Of a stretch of 64,000 nucleotides of DNA, positions 12,179 through 23,906 are shown in pieces. A model generated the notes under the pieces. The model worked only from the letters and a program-made list of their open reading frames with translations, was not told where the DNA came from and did no database searches. This DNA is from Somniosus microcephalus (taxonomy: Eukaryota), in NCBI GenBank assembly GCA_052327205.1, contig CM126208.1, forward strand, positions 109,430,001 to 109,494,000. The letters are read 5' to 3'. The position numbers and the translations under genes are program-made. The number at the start of each line of letters is the position of its first letter. Within the stretch, counting starts at the first letter, position 1.

Positions 12179-12977
12179 ACTTGTGGATCTGTTACTATTA
12201 GTGAGGACTCTTAGAATGTGCTAAACTTCTTATCCTTTTATCAGTGGTACAGAACCAAATTCTGTCACCAAATGTTTGAACTATTTTTAAGCTATTGTCC
12301 TCCACTGCTTCAGTATCTATCTATCTATATATCTATCTAGCTATCTATCTATATATATAAAAGGATAGTGGTGTCTGTCTGTCTGTCTGTCTGTCCGGGC
12401 ATCACTCAAAAGTTATAGAGCGTACCTACACATATGTTATATCAAAAGAAAGATTAAGATTAGGAGGGTGTCCTAGGTGTATTTACTTTTTGGTCAGACA
12501 AAAATTGTTCGGCCAGTAGACAAAAAACGTTCAAAATTCCGCTCATTAGCGGTTGGCCAATCATACGGGGGAAATCCGCTCATTAGCATTGAGTGACGTG
12601 AAGGTTGACCAATCCTACGGGGGGAGCGCGCTGCATCACGGGGAGCATTTCATGGCGTGTGTGGGCGGGGCCTAATCTTTCAAACTGCCGTTAATTCGGT
12701 CATCTTTACCTCAGCTTTTACTTTTATTCACTTTTTAACAGCTGCCACCTTCCTGTTCTATATGGCTTAATGCCAGATCATGTAGTGCAGTTGTCTTCTT
12801 AGCTATGGGGTGCTTAAAAACCTGAACTTTAATACAGGGAACTAAGGAAAAGAACAAATTAATTCAGTTTTAAATAGTATTTAGGAACAGGTAGAAATGA
12901 AGTGATCCATTTCAAGTATGAAGGAACTCAGTTGTCTTCCAGGGAAGGTCTCCCCACCTTGTGGAGCTGGAGGCCCC

Positions 12978-13400
12978 AGCCGGGGACTCGGGCGTTCCCC
13001 CCCCTCGGCCCGGTCCTCGGCTCCGTTTGCGGCCGGGGACTCGGGCTTTCCCCCCCTAGGCCCGGTCCCGGGGCTCGGCTCCGTTTGCGGCCGGGGACTC
13101 GGGATTTCCCCCCCCCCAGCCCGGTCCCGGGGCTCGGCTCCGTTTGCGCACACGGGCTGGGGACTCGGCCTTTCCCCCCCTCGGCCCAGTCCCGGGGCTC
13201 GGCTCTGTTTGCGGCCACGGGCCGGGGACTCAGCCTTTCCCCCCCTCGGCCCGGTCCCGGCGCTCGGCTCCGTTTGCGGCCGCGGGCCGGGGACTCGGCC
13301 TTTCCCCCCCTCGGCCCGGTCCCGGGGCTCGGCTCCGTTTGTGGCCGCGGGCCGGGGACTCGGCCTTTCCCCCCCTCAGCCCAGTCCTGGGGCTCGGCTC
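12978..13400. repeat. GC-rich minisatellite (~60-66-bp unit, ~7 copies) inside the Helitron
   Basis: Repeating GGCCGGGGACTCGGCCTTTCCCCCCCTCGGCCCGGTCCCGGGGCTCGGCTCCGTTTGC. Confidence 0.93.
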
Positions 13401-13419
13401 AGTGTCCGGGCCTGAGGTG

Positions 13420-14515
13420 CCAGGGAGGGAGAGGGGATGGAGGGAGAAGGGAGGGAGGGACAGAGAGGAAAGCAGGGAGAGACAGGGGGAGGGAGAGAGA
13501 GAGGGGGAGGGAGGGAGAGAGGCAGGGAGAGGAGAAGGGGAGAGGGAGAGGGAGAGAGAGGGAGGGAGAGAGAGCGGGGAGGGAGGGGGAGAGGGGAGAG
13601 ACAGGGGCAGGGAGAGAGAGAGGGGAGGGAGGGGGAGAGGGGAGAGACAGGGGCAGGGAGAGAGAGAGGGGAGAGAGAGAGGGGCAGGGAGAGGGGGAGG
13701 GAGAGAGAGAGGGTGAGGGAGGGAAAGAGTGAGGGGGTGGGAGAGGGAGGGAGAGCTCGCCTTCTTCCTTCCTTCCTTCCTTCGCAGGGGTCCATCGGGC
13801 CAGGCCTGAGGCGCTCCTTCCCCCCCTCTCTCTCCAGGCTAATCCCGAACTAAATCCAGCAGTCTCTCTCTCTCTCTTCCCCCCCGTCTCTCTCTTCTCC
13901 CCCCAGTCTCTCTCTCTCTCTCTTCCCCCCGTCTCTCTCTTCTCCCCCCAGTCTCTCTCTCTCTCTCTCCCCCCAGTCTCTCTCTCTCTCTCTTCCCCCC
14001 CCAGTCTCTCTCTCTCTCACTCCCCCACCAGTCTCTCTCTCTTCCCCCAGTCTCTCTCTCTCTCCCCCCCAGTCTCTCTCTCTCTCTCTCTCCCCCAGTC
14101 TCTCTCTCTCTCTCCCCCCAGTGTCTCTCTCTCTCTCTTCCCCCCAGTCTCTCTCTCTCTCTCTCCCCAGTCTCTCTCTCTCTCTCACCCCGTCTCTCTC
14201 TCTCTCTCTCCCCCCCAGTCTCTCTCTCTCTCCCCCCCAGTGTCTCTCTCTCTCTCCCCCAGTCTCTCTCTCTCTCTCCCCGTCTCTCTCTCTCTCTCCC
14301 CCCAGTCTCTCTCTCTCTCCCCCCAAGTCTCTTTCTCTCTTCCCCCCAGTTGCTCTCTCCCCCCCAGTCGCTCTCTCCCCCCCCAGTCTCTCTCTCCCCC
14401 CCAGTCTCTCTCTTCTCCCCCCAGTCTCTCTCTCGATCCCCGGGCCTCTCTCCCCCCCCCCCCCCCCCAGTCTCTCTCTCTCTCTTTCACTCTCTCTCTC
14501 TCTCTCTCCTTCCCA
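13420..14515. repeat. Polypurine (GA-rich) tract followed by polypyrimidine (CT-rich) tract inside the Helitron
   Basis: GGGAGAGAG-rich 13420-13755 and (CCCCCAGTCTCTCTCT)n 13860-14515. Confidence 0.95.
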
Positions 14516-15024
14516 TGCAGACAGACAAACTCATTTATATATATATAAAAATTATTTCTACTTTTTTCATAACAACATGCCCTCAAAAAAACCCTCCGGC
14601 ACCGCCGGGCACTCCAGCTAGTAATTGATAAGCTGCCAGTTGGTAGTATGCACGTAATTTGGAAGGGAACAAGTGTACCCACATGAAAGCTAATACTCAG
14701 CTAATATTCCTGCTTCTCTAGTGACCCAAGTTTTTAGTTTGTGCCAATGAATCCAGATGGTTTAATCTTGCCTTATTGCTACTAATGTCTTGCCAGCTTT
14801 TTGTCCTGTTCTTAGTGTTTATGAATCATCCTTTTTATATAGTATGCAAATACGTCACAATCTCAGTTCAATGTGAAGTGAAAAGATCAGTCAGATCTTT
14901 TTTGTTTTGATGTTACATTTCTACGGCAGGCCTTGCCTTGCCTTGGCCATGAACCGGTTGTTTAATACTACTGTCATTTGCATTAGGAAGGCATTAGTCT
15001 TTGCCTCCTGCTACAAACTGTCAC

Positions 15025-15660
15025 TAATTTGATCCCCCTCCCTGGCCACTATCTCAGGTTGAAGCAGATTGTTTACAACCTCGGCGCCCTATTCGACCCT
15101 GAGCTGAGTTTCCAACCCCCATATCCTCTCCATCACAAAGAGCACCTACTTCTAGCTACATAATGTCGCCTGCCTCTGCTTCAGCCCATCTGCTGCTGAA
15201 ACTCATTCCAGGCCTTTGTCACCTCCAAACTCAAGTATTCCAATGCTTTCTTGACCGGCCTCCCATCTGTCAGCTCATCCAAAATGCTACTGCCCAAGTC
15301 CTATCCCGCACCAAGTCCCGCACACCCATCAGTCCTGTCCTTGCTAACCTACACTGGCTCCTGGTCTTCCAACAGCTCCAATTTAAAATTCCTATAATCA
15401 TGTTTGAATCCCTTCAGGGCCTTGCCCCTCCCTATCTCTGTAACTTCCTCCAACTGTACAATCCCCTCCCTCAGAATTCTCCATTCCTCAGGCTCCGACT
15501 CTGGCCTCTTGTGCATCCCATCCTCCCTTCTCCCCATCATTGATGGTCATGGCTTCAGCCTCCTAGGCCACACACTCTGGAATTCCCCCCCTAAACCCCT
15601 CCACTGCATCTCCTGCTGCTCCTTTAAGACCCTACATAAATCCCACCTCTTTGATAAAAC
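15025..15660 (+). mobile_element. L2 LINE fragment
   Basis: Similar to 5070-5520; LHWL...FKI...LAPPYL motif. Confidence 0.85.
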
Positions 15661-16261
15661 TTGCTGTTTGGTGGCATCGCCACTAAAACATTAAGGGGGA
15701 GAAATTCAGTATTGCCACGTTTGGGGCGTTATACTCGAGCGGGCGCGAAATTTAGCGCCCGGTGCAAATTATCGCCACCTACTGCTAAATTGACCTGCTT
15801 CGCCCCGGGAGGTGCTTGGAGCGCTAAAACAGGCGCGGCACGACTGTCTTAAGGTGCTAAGCCGGAGAAGCGAGGCGCTACCACCGAGGGCGGGTGCAGC
15901 GCAGGTGCAGCCTGTAGTGTATGTGCCTTTAAGTCAGAACTACTTTTTACAGCTCCTGTATACTGTAGTACCGGCAGTGACCACACCGGTATATAAGCTG
16001 TGCGCATGCCTCTGTACCCCAGTCTAGAGATTATCCTCCTCCAGTAAAGACCTGTTATTTGTTAATGTACAGCATCCGTGTGATAATTTATCCACTGAAT
16101 CACGGATCTAACACGGCCAGTTAGCGATTGCACGCAGACACGCTGGCGCCGGTCAGCTCTTAAAGGGGAGGTTCGATCTTGGATTGCAGCCACACCCTGC
16201 GCATCGGAGCCCTGATTCTCAGCCTGGACAGACCTGCTGCCACATTCTAATGCCTAGGACC

Positions 16262-18103
16262 ATGGAGAGGGCCAGGGAGTGAGCGCATCGGTTCAGTGAG
16301 GGGGCCCTGCAGGTTCTGGTTGGCGCAGTGGAGCGCAGGCGATCTATCCTGTTTCCGGACAGTGGCAGGAGGCCGCTGCCCAACGACTATCGCAAAGCTT
16401 GGAGGGAGGTGGCTCACAGAGTGACCTCCAGCAGCATGGTGCCTAGGACCCCTGTGCAATGCAGGAAGAAGTTCAACAACCTCACTCGGGTCATCAGGGT
16501 GAGTACCCTTTTCAGTATCCTCCTCATCCCTGCATGTCCACCTCACTTTATGGCCAAAGGGTCCTGAAAGCCCCAATGTCCAGCCCTCATCCAACACCTA
16601 TGGGCAGCTCACACGCACATTCAACACGTTACACACTGTAAGGGCTATTCCACCATGGGAGGCAGTGCAGCCAAGATCAGGGCTTCACACTGTAAGGGCT
16701 ATTCCTCCATGGGAGGCAGTGCAGCCAAGATCAGGGCTTCACACTGTACTCAGAGCCCGTCCTTTCTCTTGCAGAGCAAGCTGGCCCATAACAGGAGGAA
16801 GCAGCAATGGACCGGGGGAGGCTGGCCTCACCTTCAAGACCTCAGCGATCTGGAGCAATGAGTCCAGCATATTATGGCAGGCCGGATGATTGGCCCAGTC
16901 GCCACTGGAGATGCTGACCCCGTTCTGGAGAGCAATGGTAAGGTCATCACCTTTTCGACCTCTCTCCTTCCACTTGTGCCTCACACCAGCATCCTTTGCC
17001 ACTATCGAACCAATACAGTGCATTGCAGCACTCATGCCTCCCTCGCTGCCGCCCTGTCCTCACGCTAAAGCAACTCTTGTACCTCCCTGCTTTCAGATGC
17101 TGATTCGCCAGGTGAGGAGGCGGGCCCTCAAGCTGCCACTGTGAGTGATTCTGAAGGCGAGGAGGAAGAGGAAGCCGGACCATCAGTGCCACCCTCAGCC
17201 GAGGCAGCCCATGGCCATAATGGGGACACGTCTTCCCTGGAGGGGAGCAGGGGGGAAGAGTCTGAGGAGGGTGAAGCTCCGGGGCCCAGCGGGCTGCAGC
17301 AACGCGGGGGGGGGGCGGGTAGGTAAGCTCGGCGGCCTTCTCCACGGAGGGAGAGTCTGGCCTCCAGTCCTGCTACAGTGAGCGCAGAAGAGGTGCGGCT
17401 CCTCGCTGAAATGGGTGCCCAGGCAGAGCAGAGGCACACTGAGCTCATGGCTGCAGTGGCAAGGATGCCCGAATCCATTGAGTCACTGACAAGGAGTGTC
17501 CAGGACTTCGGCACAGCACTGGCAAGGAGTCTGCAGGACTTCAGTGCAGCACAGGCAAGGAGTCTGCAGGACTTCGGTGCAGCACAGGCAGCACAGACGG
17601 CTTCCACGCAAGTGCTTAGTGGTGCAGTGCAGTCAGTGGCTGGTCTGATGCAGACGCAGATTGAGGCCACATGAGCACTGACTGCTGCCACCCTCGCTGG
17701 ATCGGGCAGGAATCAGCGGGGCCCTCGCCGCGCCGCAGCAGGCCAGCAGTCTGTGCTTCAGCAGATTGCACCGCATGCTGCAGTGTTGCCCCGTCGGAGT
17801 GCCAGTGTGTCGTCCGACCAGGGAGTGGCTGTCCTCTGTCAGGATGGCAGCATTCCTGCTGCCAACACTGTCACTTCTCCACTGCAGCTGCCACTACCTG
17901 TAGGACAGACTGCTGCCGCCCATGCAGAGTTGGAGCAGTCAGCAGCCGGGCCCTCCAGGCCCAGTGCTGGTCCAGGCCATCCTTCAAGGGCATCTGCCGA
18001 CTCAGTTTCTGACACTCAGCAGCCTTCCCCCAGCCTTGCTGCAGCCACTGGGGTCCCATTGCGGAGGAGCTGCAGGGTGGGAAGGGGCCAATCTTGCAAG
18101 TGA
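16262..18103 (+). pseudogene. Harbinger Myb/SANT partner gene, inactivated (exons 16262-16498, 16775-16937, 17097-18103)
   Basis: First two exons have the same sizes (237, 163) and splice sites as the intact copy; in-frame TGA at codon 7, 16859 and 17672, plus a frameshift in a G run near 17310. Confidence 0.85.
16631..16748 (+). repeat. 54-bp tandem repeat x2 in intron 1 of the decayed Harbinger Myb gene
   Basis: Unit ACACACTGTAAGGGCTATTCCACCATGGGAGGCAGTGCAGCCAAGATCAGGGCT. Confidence 0.93.
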
Positions 18104-18440
18104 AGCAGATCACCCTCGAAGGGCAAAAAGTAGGAGGTGTGGCAAAATGCTGTTAATTTTTTTAGTGAAGGCCGAGGGTCGTGGTCATTTTTTGTTAACT
18201 CTTTTGTTCATTGTCTCCAGGTTGTGAGAGCCAGTTATGTGTCTGACTGCTTTTTTTTGGGTTTCTCTCTATTACTTTGTGATGCGGGAAGGGCACACAG
18301 TTTGTTAAATAAAGAAGTGTCTTTATTCAGATTGTGCATGTTTGCTCTTTGAACTATTTGTTGCCTTGACCGGCTCAGGGGTTGCAGAACGGTTCCATTC
18401 ATGTTCTTTCAATGGCACAAGCCATTCCCTCAGAGGGGGC

Positions 18441-19565
18441 CTAGAACCGACTTGCAATAAGCTGCTGACGGACGGCCCTTGCACTTTGTGCCTCCCTCCC
18501 GTCCTGGTGCTCTTCCTCCTCCTCATCCTCCTCTGCTGGTGCTCCAATGTCTGGTGGCAGTGGCTGAGTCCTGAGGATTGCCAGGTTGTGCAGCATGCAG
18601 CACACTACAACAAAATGGGAGACTCGCTCAGGTGAGTACTGAAGGGCTCCCCCGGAATGGTCCAGACAGCGGAACCATTGCTTTAGCATGCCGATTGTGT
18701 GCTCAATTATGTTCCTGGTCGCTTGATGGCTCTCATTGTATCGTTCTTCAGCAGGGGTGCTGGGCACACAGAGCGGGGTCATCAGCCAGGTGCACAGAGG
18801 ATAGCCCTTGTCCCCAAGAAGCCAGCCTCCTGGGTGAGCCGGGGCTTCGAAAAGGTCTGCCACAGAAGTCTGGCGCAGGATGAAGGCATTGTGGCTGCTG
18901 CCTGGAAAGCGGGCATTGACAGCTAGTATCAGCTGTCTGTGGTCACACACCAACTGGACGTTCAACGAATGGAACCCCTTCCAGTTGTGGTAATCCTCGG
19001 CATTCTCTTGCAGCGCCCGCAAAGCCACATGCGTGCAGTCAATGGCGCCCTGAACCATGGGGAAGCCCGCTATTCTTGCAAATCCCATTGCGCGCTCTTG
19101 CTGCTTGTCCAGGGTCATGGGGAAGGAAATGTACTGACGTCTCCTTTTAAAGAGGGCATTCATGACTTGGCGGATGCAGCAATGCACTGCGAATTGGGAG
19201 ACATTGGCAATGTCCCCAGTAATGGATTGGAAGGAGCCGGTGGCATAGAAGTTGAGAGCCACTGTCACCTTCACTGCCACCGACAGAGACGTCCTGCTCC
19301 TCAGTTGAGGCTGCAGATCTGGCTGAAGCAGGTGGCAGAGCTCAGTGACCACCTCCCTGCTGAATCGCAGCCTCCAGAAACACTGCTCCTCAGACATGTT
19401 GAGGTATGAGAACTGTTGGCGAAATACCCTGGGAGGGTAAGGCCTCCTGTGACGATGCCTGTTGGCCCTCCTCCGTCTGGCCATGATTGGCACTCTCTCT
19501 CGGCATCTCTGAGCCCTCTCAATGCAATGGAGAAACCCAACGTTTCCATCCATTGCAGCCCCCAT
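18441..19565 (-). CDS. Harbinger transposase (HARBI1-like), open but with substitutions at conserved sites
   Basis: 374 aa from MGAAM; GAIDCTH and GDKGY present, but SHD>SHN, YRNRK>YHNWK and QRF>QWF relative to the other copy. Confidence 0.88.
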   Translation of the reverse strand: MGAAMDGNVGFLHCIERAQRCRERVPIMARRRRANRHRHRRPYPPRVFRQQFSYLNMSEEQCFWRLRFSREVVTELCHLLQPDLQPQLRSRTSLSVAVKVTVALNFYATGSFQSITGDIANVSQFAVHCCIRQVMNALFKRRRQYISFPMTLDKQQERAMGFARIAGFPMVQGAIDCTHVALRALQENAEDYHNWKGFHSLNVQLVCDHRQLILAVNARFPGSSHNAFILRQTSVADLFEAPAHPGGWLLGDKGYPLCTWLMTPLCVPSTPAEERYNESHQATRNIIEHTIGMLKQWFRCLDHSGGALQYSPERVSHFVVVCCMLHNLAILRTQPLPPDIGAPAEEDEEEEEHQDGREAQSARAVRQQLIASRF

Positions 19566-20084
19566 AGTATGTGGCCACTCAAGGTTATGCCAGCGAAAAA
19601 GCAAACCAACTACAAAGTTCTGGGCCAAAGCCAGAAGTACCTCTGCGAACGCTGACTCAATGCAGAAAGCTCTCTCCCTTTGTCTCTCTGCAAATCTCTC
19701 TCTCTCTCACAGAAGGGGTGGTCCAAAAATGGTTACCACAAAGAAGCCAGGAAGAGCCCCCTTTAAATAGCGCCCCCTCAGCCCCACAGCGACTGGGAAC
19801 CGTTCCAGTCAACTAGTCGCTGGGTGCGCCAGGCGGAAAGGAGGGGGAGGCGCCACTGAAGTTCCGGTTCGGGGCGCCCCAAGGGCGTTGCACCATGAAA
19901 TGACATCAGGATCTGCGCGCAGCTGAGCGGGCATTGCGGTTTTGCACCGCCGCTAAATGTCTGCTCAATTTCGTGAGAGGCGCAGGTCTTGCTGCGCCCG
20001 GGCGCTAGCCGCATCGCGCCCCACTTATCACCCTCTTAAGGCGCTAACGGATGGCGCTAACAACTGAATTTCTCCCCCGAACAG

Positions 20085-22030
20085 TTTTTTTTCTTTTTAA
20101 AAAAATTTTTGTTCTCAGAATGTGGGTGACGTTGGGAAGGCCAAATTAATTGTCCATCCTTGGTTGCCCTGAGACAATGGTCATGGGCCTTCTTTTTGAA
20201 GTACCACAGTCCTTGCGATGATGGTGCTCCCACGATAGGGAACTCCAATATATTGACCCAGGGATGAGGAAGAATGGTGATATATATCCAAGTCAAGATA
20301 GTATGTGAAGGCTAACTTGGACGTGATGGTGTTCCCACAACAATGCTGCTTTTGACTTTCTCAGTGGTAGAGGTCACAGGAGAGGGAATTGCTGTCGAAA
20401 TAAGCTTGGTAAGTTGCTACAGTGCATCCTATAGATCATATATAATGCAGCCACAGTGTGCTGATGGTGGGGGTGAGGTGGATACTGAGTCCAGGAGCAG
20501 GTGTGTCAATCAAAAGAACTTCTCTTTCCTGGATGGCGTTGAGCTTCTTGAGTCCTGTTGTGGCTGCAACCATCCAGGCAAGTGTTGAGTATTCCATTAC
20601 ACTCCTGACTAGAGTCTTGTAGATGGTGGAGAGGCTTTGAGGAAATGAGCCGGTATTGCAGTCATGGTGTTGATATGGCTGCTCTATTGAGGTTCTGACC
20701 AGTGAACATGTTGATCGATGGTGACTTGGCAGTGGTGGTATAATTGAAGGTCAGAGGGAGGTGGTTGGGCTTTCTCTTGTTTGAGTGGGTTATTACTGGG
20801 CACTGTGACGTGAACACTACCTGCCACATCAGCCTAAGCCTGAATGCTGCTCAAGGCCTACTGTAAGCTGCCATGGGCTGCTTGATTATTGGAGGAGTTG
20901 CAAATGCAGCTGAAAACTGTGGAATCACCAGCGATCAACCCGACTCCTGATCTTATGATGATGAAGCAGCTGCCTAGGGTTGGGTTGAGGATGCTTCCCT
21001 GAGGAAATCCTGCAGTAATTTTCTGGAGCTATGATGATTAGCTTAGGAGAATCTTGATTATCTTCCTTTGTGAATGGTATGACTTCAGCCACTGAAGCAT
21101 TTTCCCTTTGACCTCAGTTTTGTTTGGGTTCTGTGGTTCTTTGCTTGGATGAATGCTACCTTGATGTTGAGGGCAGCTTCTCTCATCTCTCTTCTGGTAT
21201 TCAGCTCTTGTATTCACATCCAGATTAAGGCTGTGATGAGATCTAGAGCTGAGTAGCTGCCAGTGTCATAGCTCAACTGGAACAGCTTGGTTAGGGGACT
21301 AGCTAACTCTGGTGCACAGATTTTCAGCATCACAACTGGGATGTCATCAGGGTCATAGCCTTCACTGTGACCAGTGCACTGAGCTGCTTCTTAATGTCAC
21401 ATGGAATGAACCAAATTGACAGGACACTGGCACCTATGATTGTGTGGACCTCAAGAGGAGGCTGAGTCGGATCGTTCACTTGGCAAATTTTGACTGAACA
21501 TACTTGCAAATACTTCAGCCTTGTCTTTTACACTTCCATGCTGGGCTCCACCATAGTTGAGAAAGGGGATGTTCGCAAAGACTCCTCCTCCTGTTATTTG
21601 ACTAGTTGTCCACCGGCATTCTCGACTGGATGTGATGGAGCTACAGAGCATTGCTCTGATCTGTTGGTTCTATAGCCTTACCACATCCTGTCAAAAATGA
21701 TGGTGTTTAGCTCTGTCTATAGCCTAATGCTTTTGGTCTTTAGCATGCAGGTAGCTCTGTTGTGGTTTCACTAGATTGATGCCCCATTCTAAGGTATACC
21801 TGGTGCTACTCCTGGCACACACTTCTACACTCCCCTTTGAACCAGGCTTGGTCTCCTGATTAGGGGCTAATGGACGCAAGAGAGGGATGTGCCAGGCCAG
21901 GAAATTAAAGAATGTGGTGGTATACAAGTCCATGGTGGATGACGGCCCATAGCATCTCATGAATGCCCAGTTTTGGGTCGTTTGATCTGTCCTTTGTCTA
22001 TCCCAGTCAGCATGATGGTGATGCCACACT
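20085..22030 (-). mobile_element. Degenerate LINE of a further CR1/L2-group family; 3' fragments also at 27430-27575 (-) and 40950-41075/42665-42790 (+)
   Basis: Minus strand encodes DIPVVMLKICAPELASPLTKLFQ-like RT sequence; shared 3' UTR GGGCAATTAGGGATGGGCAATAAATGCTGG. Confidence 0.7.
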
Positions 22031-22193
22031 ACACTATTATTTTTTCATACCTAACAGGATTTCTATTTCTTTTCACTTTGTCATTTCCTTTTATCTCTAT
22101 ATCTCTTCCCCCTTCTCTTTTCTATTTTTATATATGCTTATTTGGTTTTTAGACCCTTTATAAAAACAGTCTTGGCGTGAAAAAAAATTAAAT

Positions 22194-22934
22194 GGCCCAG
22201 AATTTATGTTAGCTGTTATTACACCTTTGAAACTGACCGCAACTTCAGGATTTAGCGAACGCACATCCTAACGTGGAAATCCTGCAGTTGCAGTCAGTAA
22301 TTCACTGCTCCGACACTGGCTGCACTGTGGCCACCCCCACCCCCGCCCAAAGCCGGCAATCAGTGTAATCAGTGAAACTGACGAAAACTCGGGCTTTTCC
22401 ACGGTAATATCGCTGTTAAATACCCCATTCAAAGTTCGACCTTGTTGGATTAGGTGTAATTGGGATTTTAACAGAGTATTGACTGCTAAACAAATGTTAT
22501 GGCCCCGAAAAACTCATTTTAATTTTGTGGAGTGTCAAATTTCTCTATTATAATAAAAATTACAAATTTTAAGAAACTTACATTTTTAAAATATATTTTA
22601 AAAGTTTGTTCATATTTATTTCAGTTTTACCTTTCCCCCATGTGAGAGCCTCAATCTTTGCTTTGCTCTCTATAACATTTTTTAAAAAGTCAGAATAAAA
22701 GGAGCTTCTTCACTTCCTGGTTCCCTGTCTGTGAGAATTCTGCATTGTGATTGGCTGCTTAGACAGCTTGTTGCCGTCACAGCAGTTCACGCCATGGGAT
22801 TCCCACTACACTGCACTGATCTCAATTGCACATCGAAAAAGCCAAACTTCTCGCCACAGAGATGTTTGTGGGCAGCTTTCTTCAAGGCCAGCGGCGAACG
22901 TCTTTGCTTCACCGCTGACCGCAAATTACGGGCC
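22194..22934. mobile_element. Harbinger-type MITE (family also at 60032-60801 and 2084-3416)
   Basis: GGCCCAGAATTT...AAATTACGGGCC, AAT TSD; collinear with 60032-60801. Confidence 0.85.
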
Positions 22935-23110
22935 AATATATTTGCAAAGACACTTTTAGGCTTCTGAATAACACTGGGGCAAATAAATAACAACACTGTC
23001 CCCCAAAAGCTATGGAATCTAAAATAAAAAGTTCCATGTTACACCACACCAAGCTGCAAAAAAATACACAATTTATCATTCAAGAGGGAAGGGAATTCAT
23101 TTCTATTTAC

Positions 23111-23211
23111 CTTGATGTAGGAAGTAAACTTTGTATTGCTGTGATAAATATAAGAACAATAAAAGCACACACCAGATTTGACTTGAAAACTTCATCTCGC
23201 ATCTGCGAATA
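23111..23211 (-). CDS. adcy8: Adenylate cyclase 8 coding exon (exon 9 equivalent)
   Basis: 101 nt, AG/GT; [33 protein letters not shown](R). Not in the ORF track. Confidence 0.96.
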
Positions 23212-23708
23212 CTGGAAGAAAGAAGCACAAAACATTAACAGACTATGTGTTGCAGATACCACAGTGATTTATCTGTCTCTATGGGGGTTCTGGGAAATTA
23301 GCAAGATTATGCCTACCAGAAGGATGGGCTGTGTCAATTAAAAAAAGAACAATACTAAATTTCTAATGGTATTGTCAGGGTTACTTTACAGGGAGTTTTA
23401 AAAAATGATCTGATAAATAACTAAATCCAATGGACGAACTATTAAAATAACCAGTCTTGATTAACACAGTAAATTACCTTTCTTTTTTAATTATCTTTCC
23501 TTCCACAGTTTAATCATGTCTCTATTCATTGAATTAACCACTTTAAAACTTTTTTTGTGTGAAAGGTATACAATAATAGAAATGTTTACTTTTCAAATGT
23601 CAAATTTTGTGATTGCACCTTTTTCCCTTAAAGCTTTGATATCTTTGTTTCCACTTAAAGTGTCCTTTTTGCTAAGGCTGCCAAAATGTGTACTTGTGGC
23701 CCAGCTAC

Positions 23709-23906
23709 CTTTTCCTCCAGGCTGGAGTCTTTAAACATCAGTGAGAAAGGCTTGATATGCTCTCTTCTTAATTTATCCCCACTCCTTAAGTCGATGGTAT
23801 GTTCTATTCGCTTGTTAATTTCCTCAGGCCCAGACTGGACATGCAAAGCTTGTGCAAGGTGGTTTGGAAGCAGATTTATTGAATTTCTTGTTAGGGCAGC
23901 CAGAGT
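23709..23906 (-). CDS. adcy8: Adenylate cyclase 8 coding exon (exon 8 equivalent, C1b)
   Basis: 198 nt, phase 0-0, AG/GT; [66 protein letters not shown]. Confidence 0.97.

Larger units (their letters stand above)
12348..14621 (+). mobile_element. Non-autonomous Helitron
   Basis: 5' A|TCTATATATATAAAAG followed by a (GTCT)n microsatellite; 3' hairpin CCGGC-acc-GCCGG then CTAG|T; inserted between A and T with no TSD. Confidence 0.85.
15695..20078. mobile_element. PIF/Harbinger DNA transposon, related subfamily, decayed
   Basis: 16-bp TIRs GGGGGAGAAATTCAGT/ACTGAATTTCTCCCCC; flanks TAA/GAA; same gene layout as 33040-37711. Confidence 0.95.

Noticed and set aside
12881-14682. Many overlapping Gly/Arg/Glu- or Leu/Ser-rich ORFs
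   Set aside because: Low-complexity repeats inside the Helitron, open in all frames
22731-22967. ORF MRILHCDWLLRQLV repeated at 60590
   Set aside because: Shared because both lie in copies of the same MITE; they diverge in frame and length
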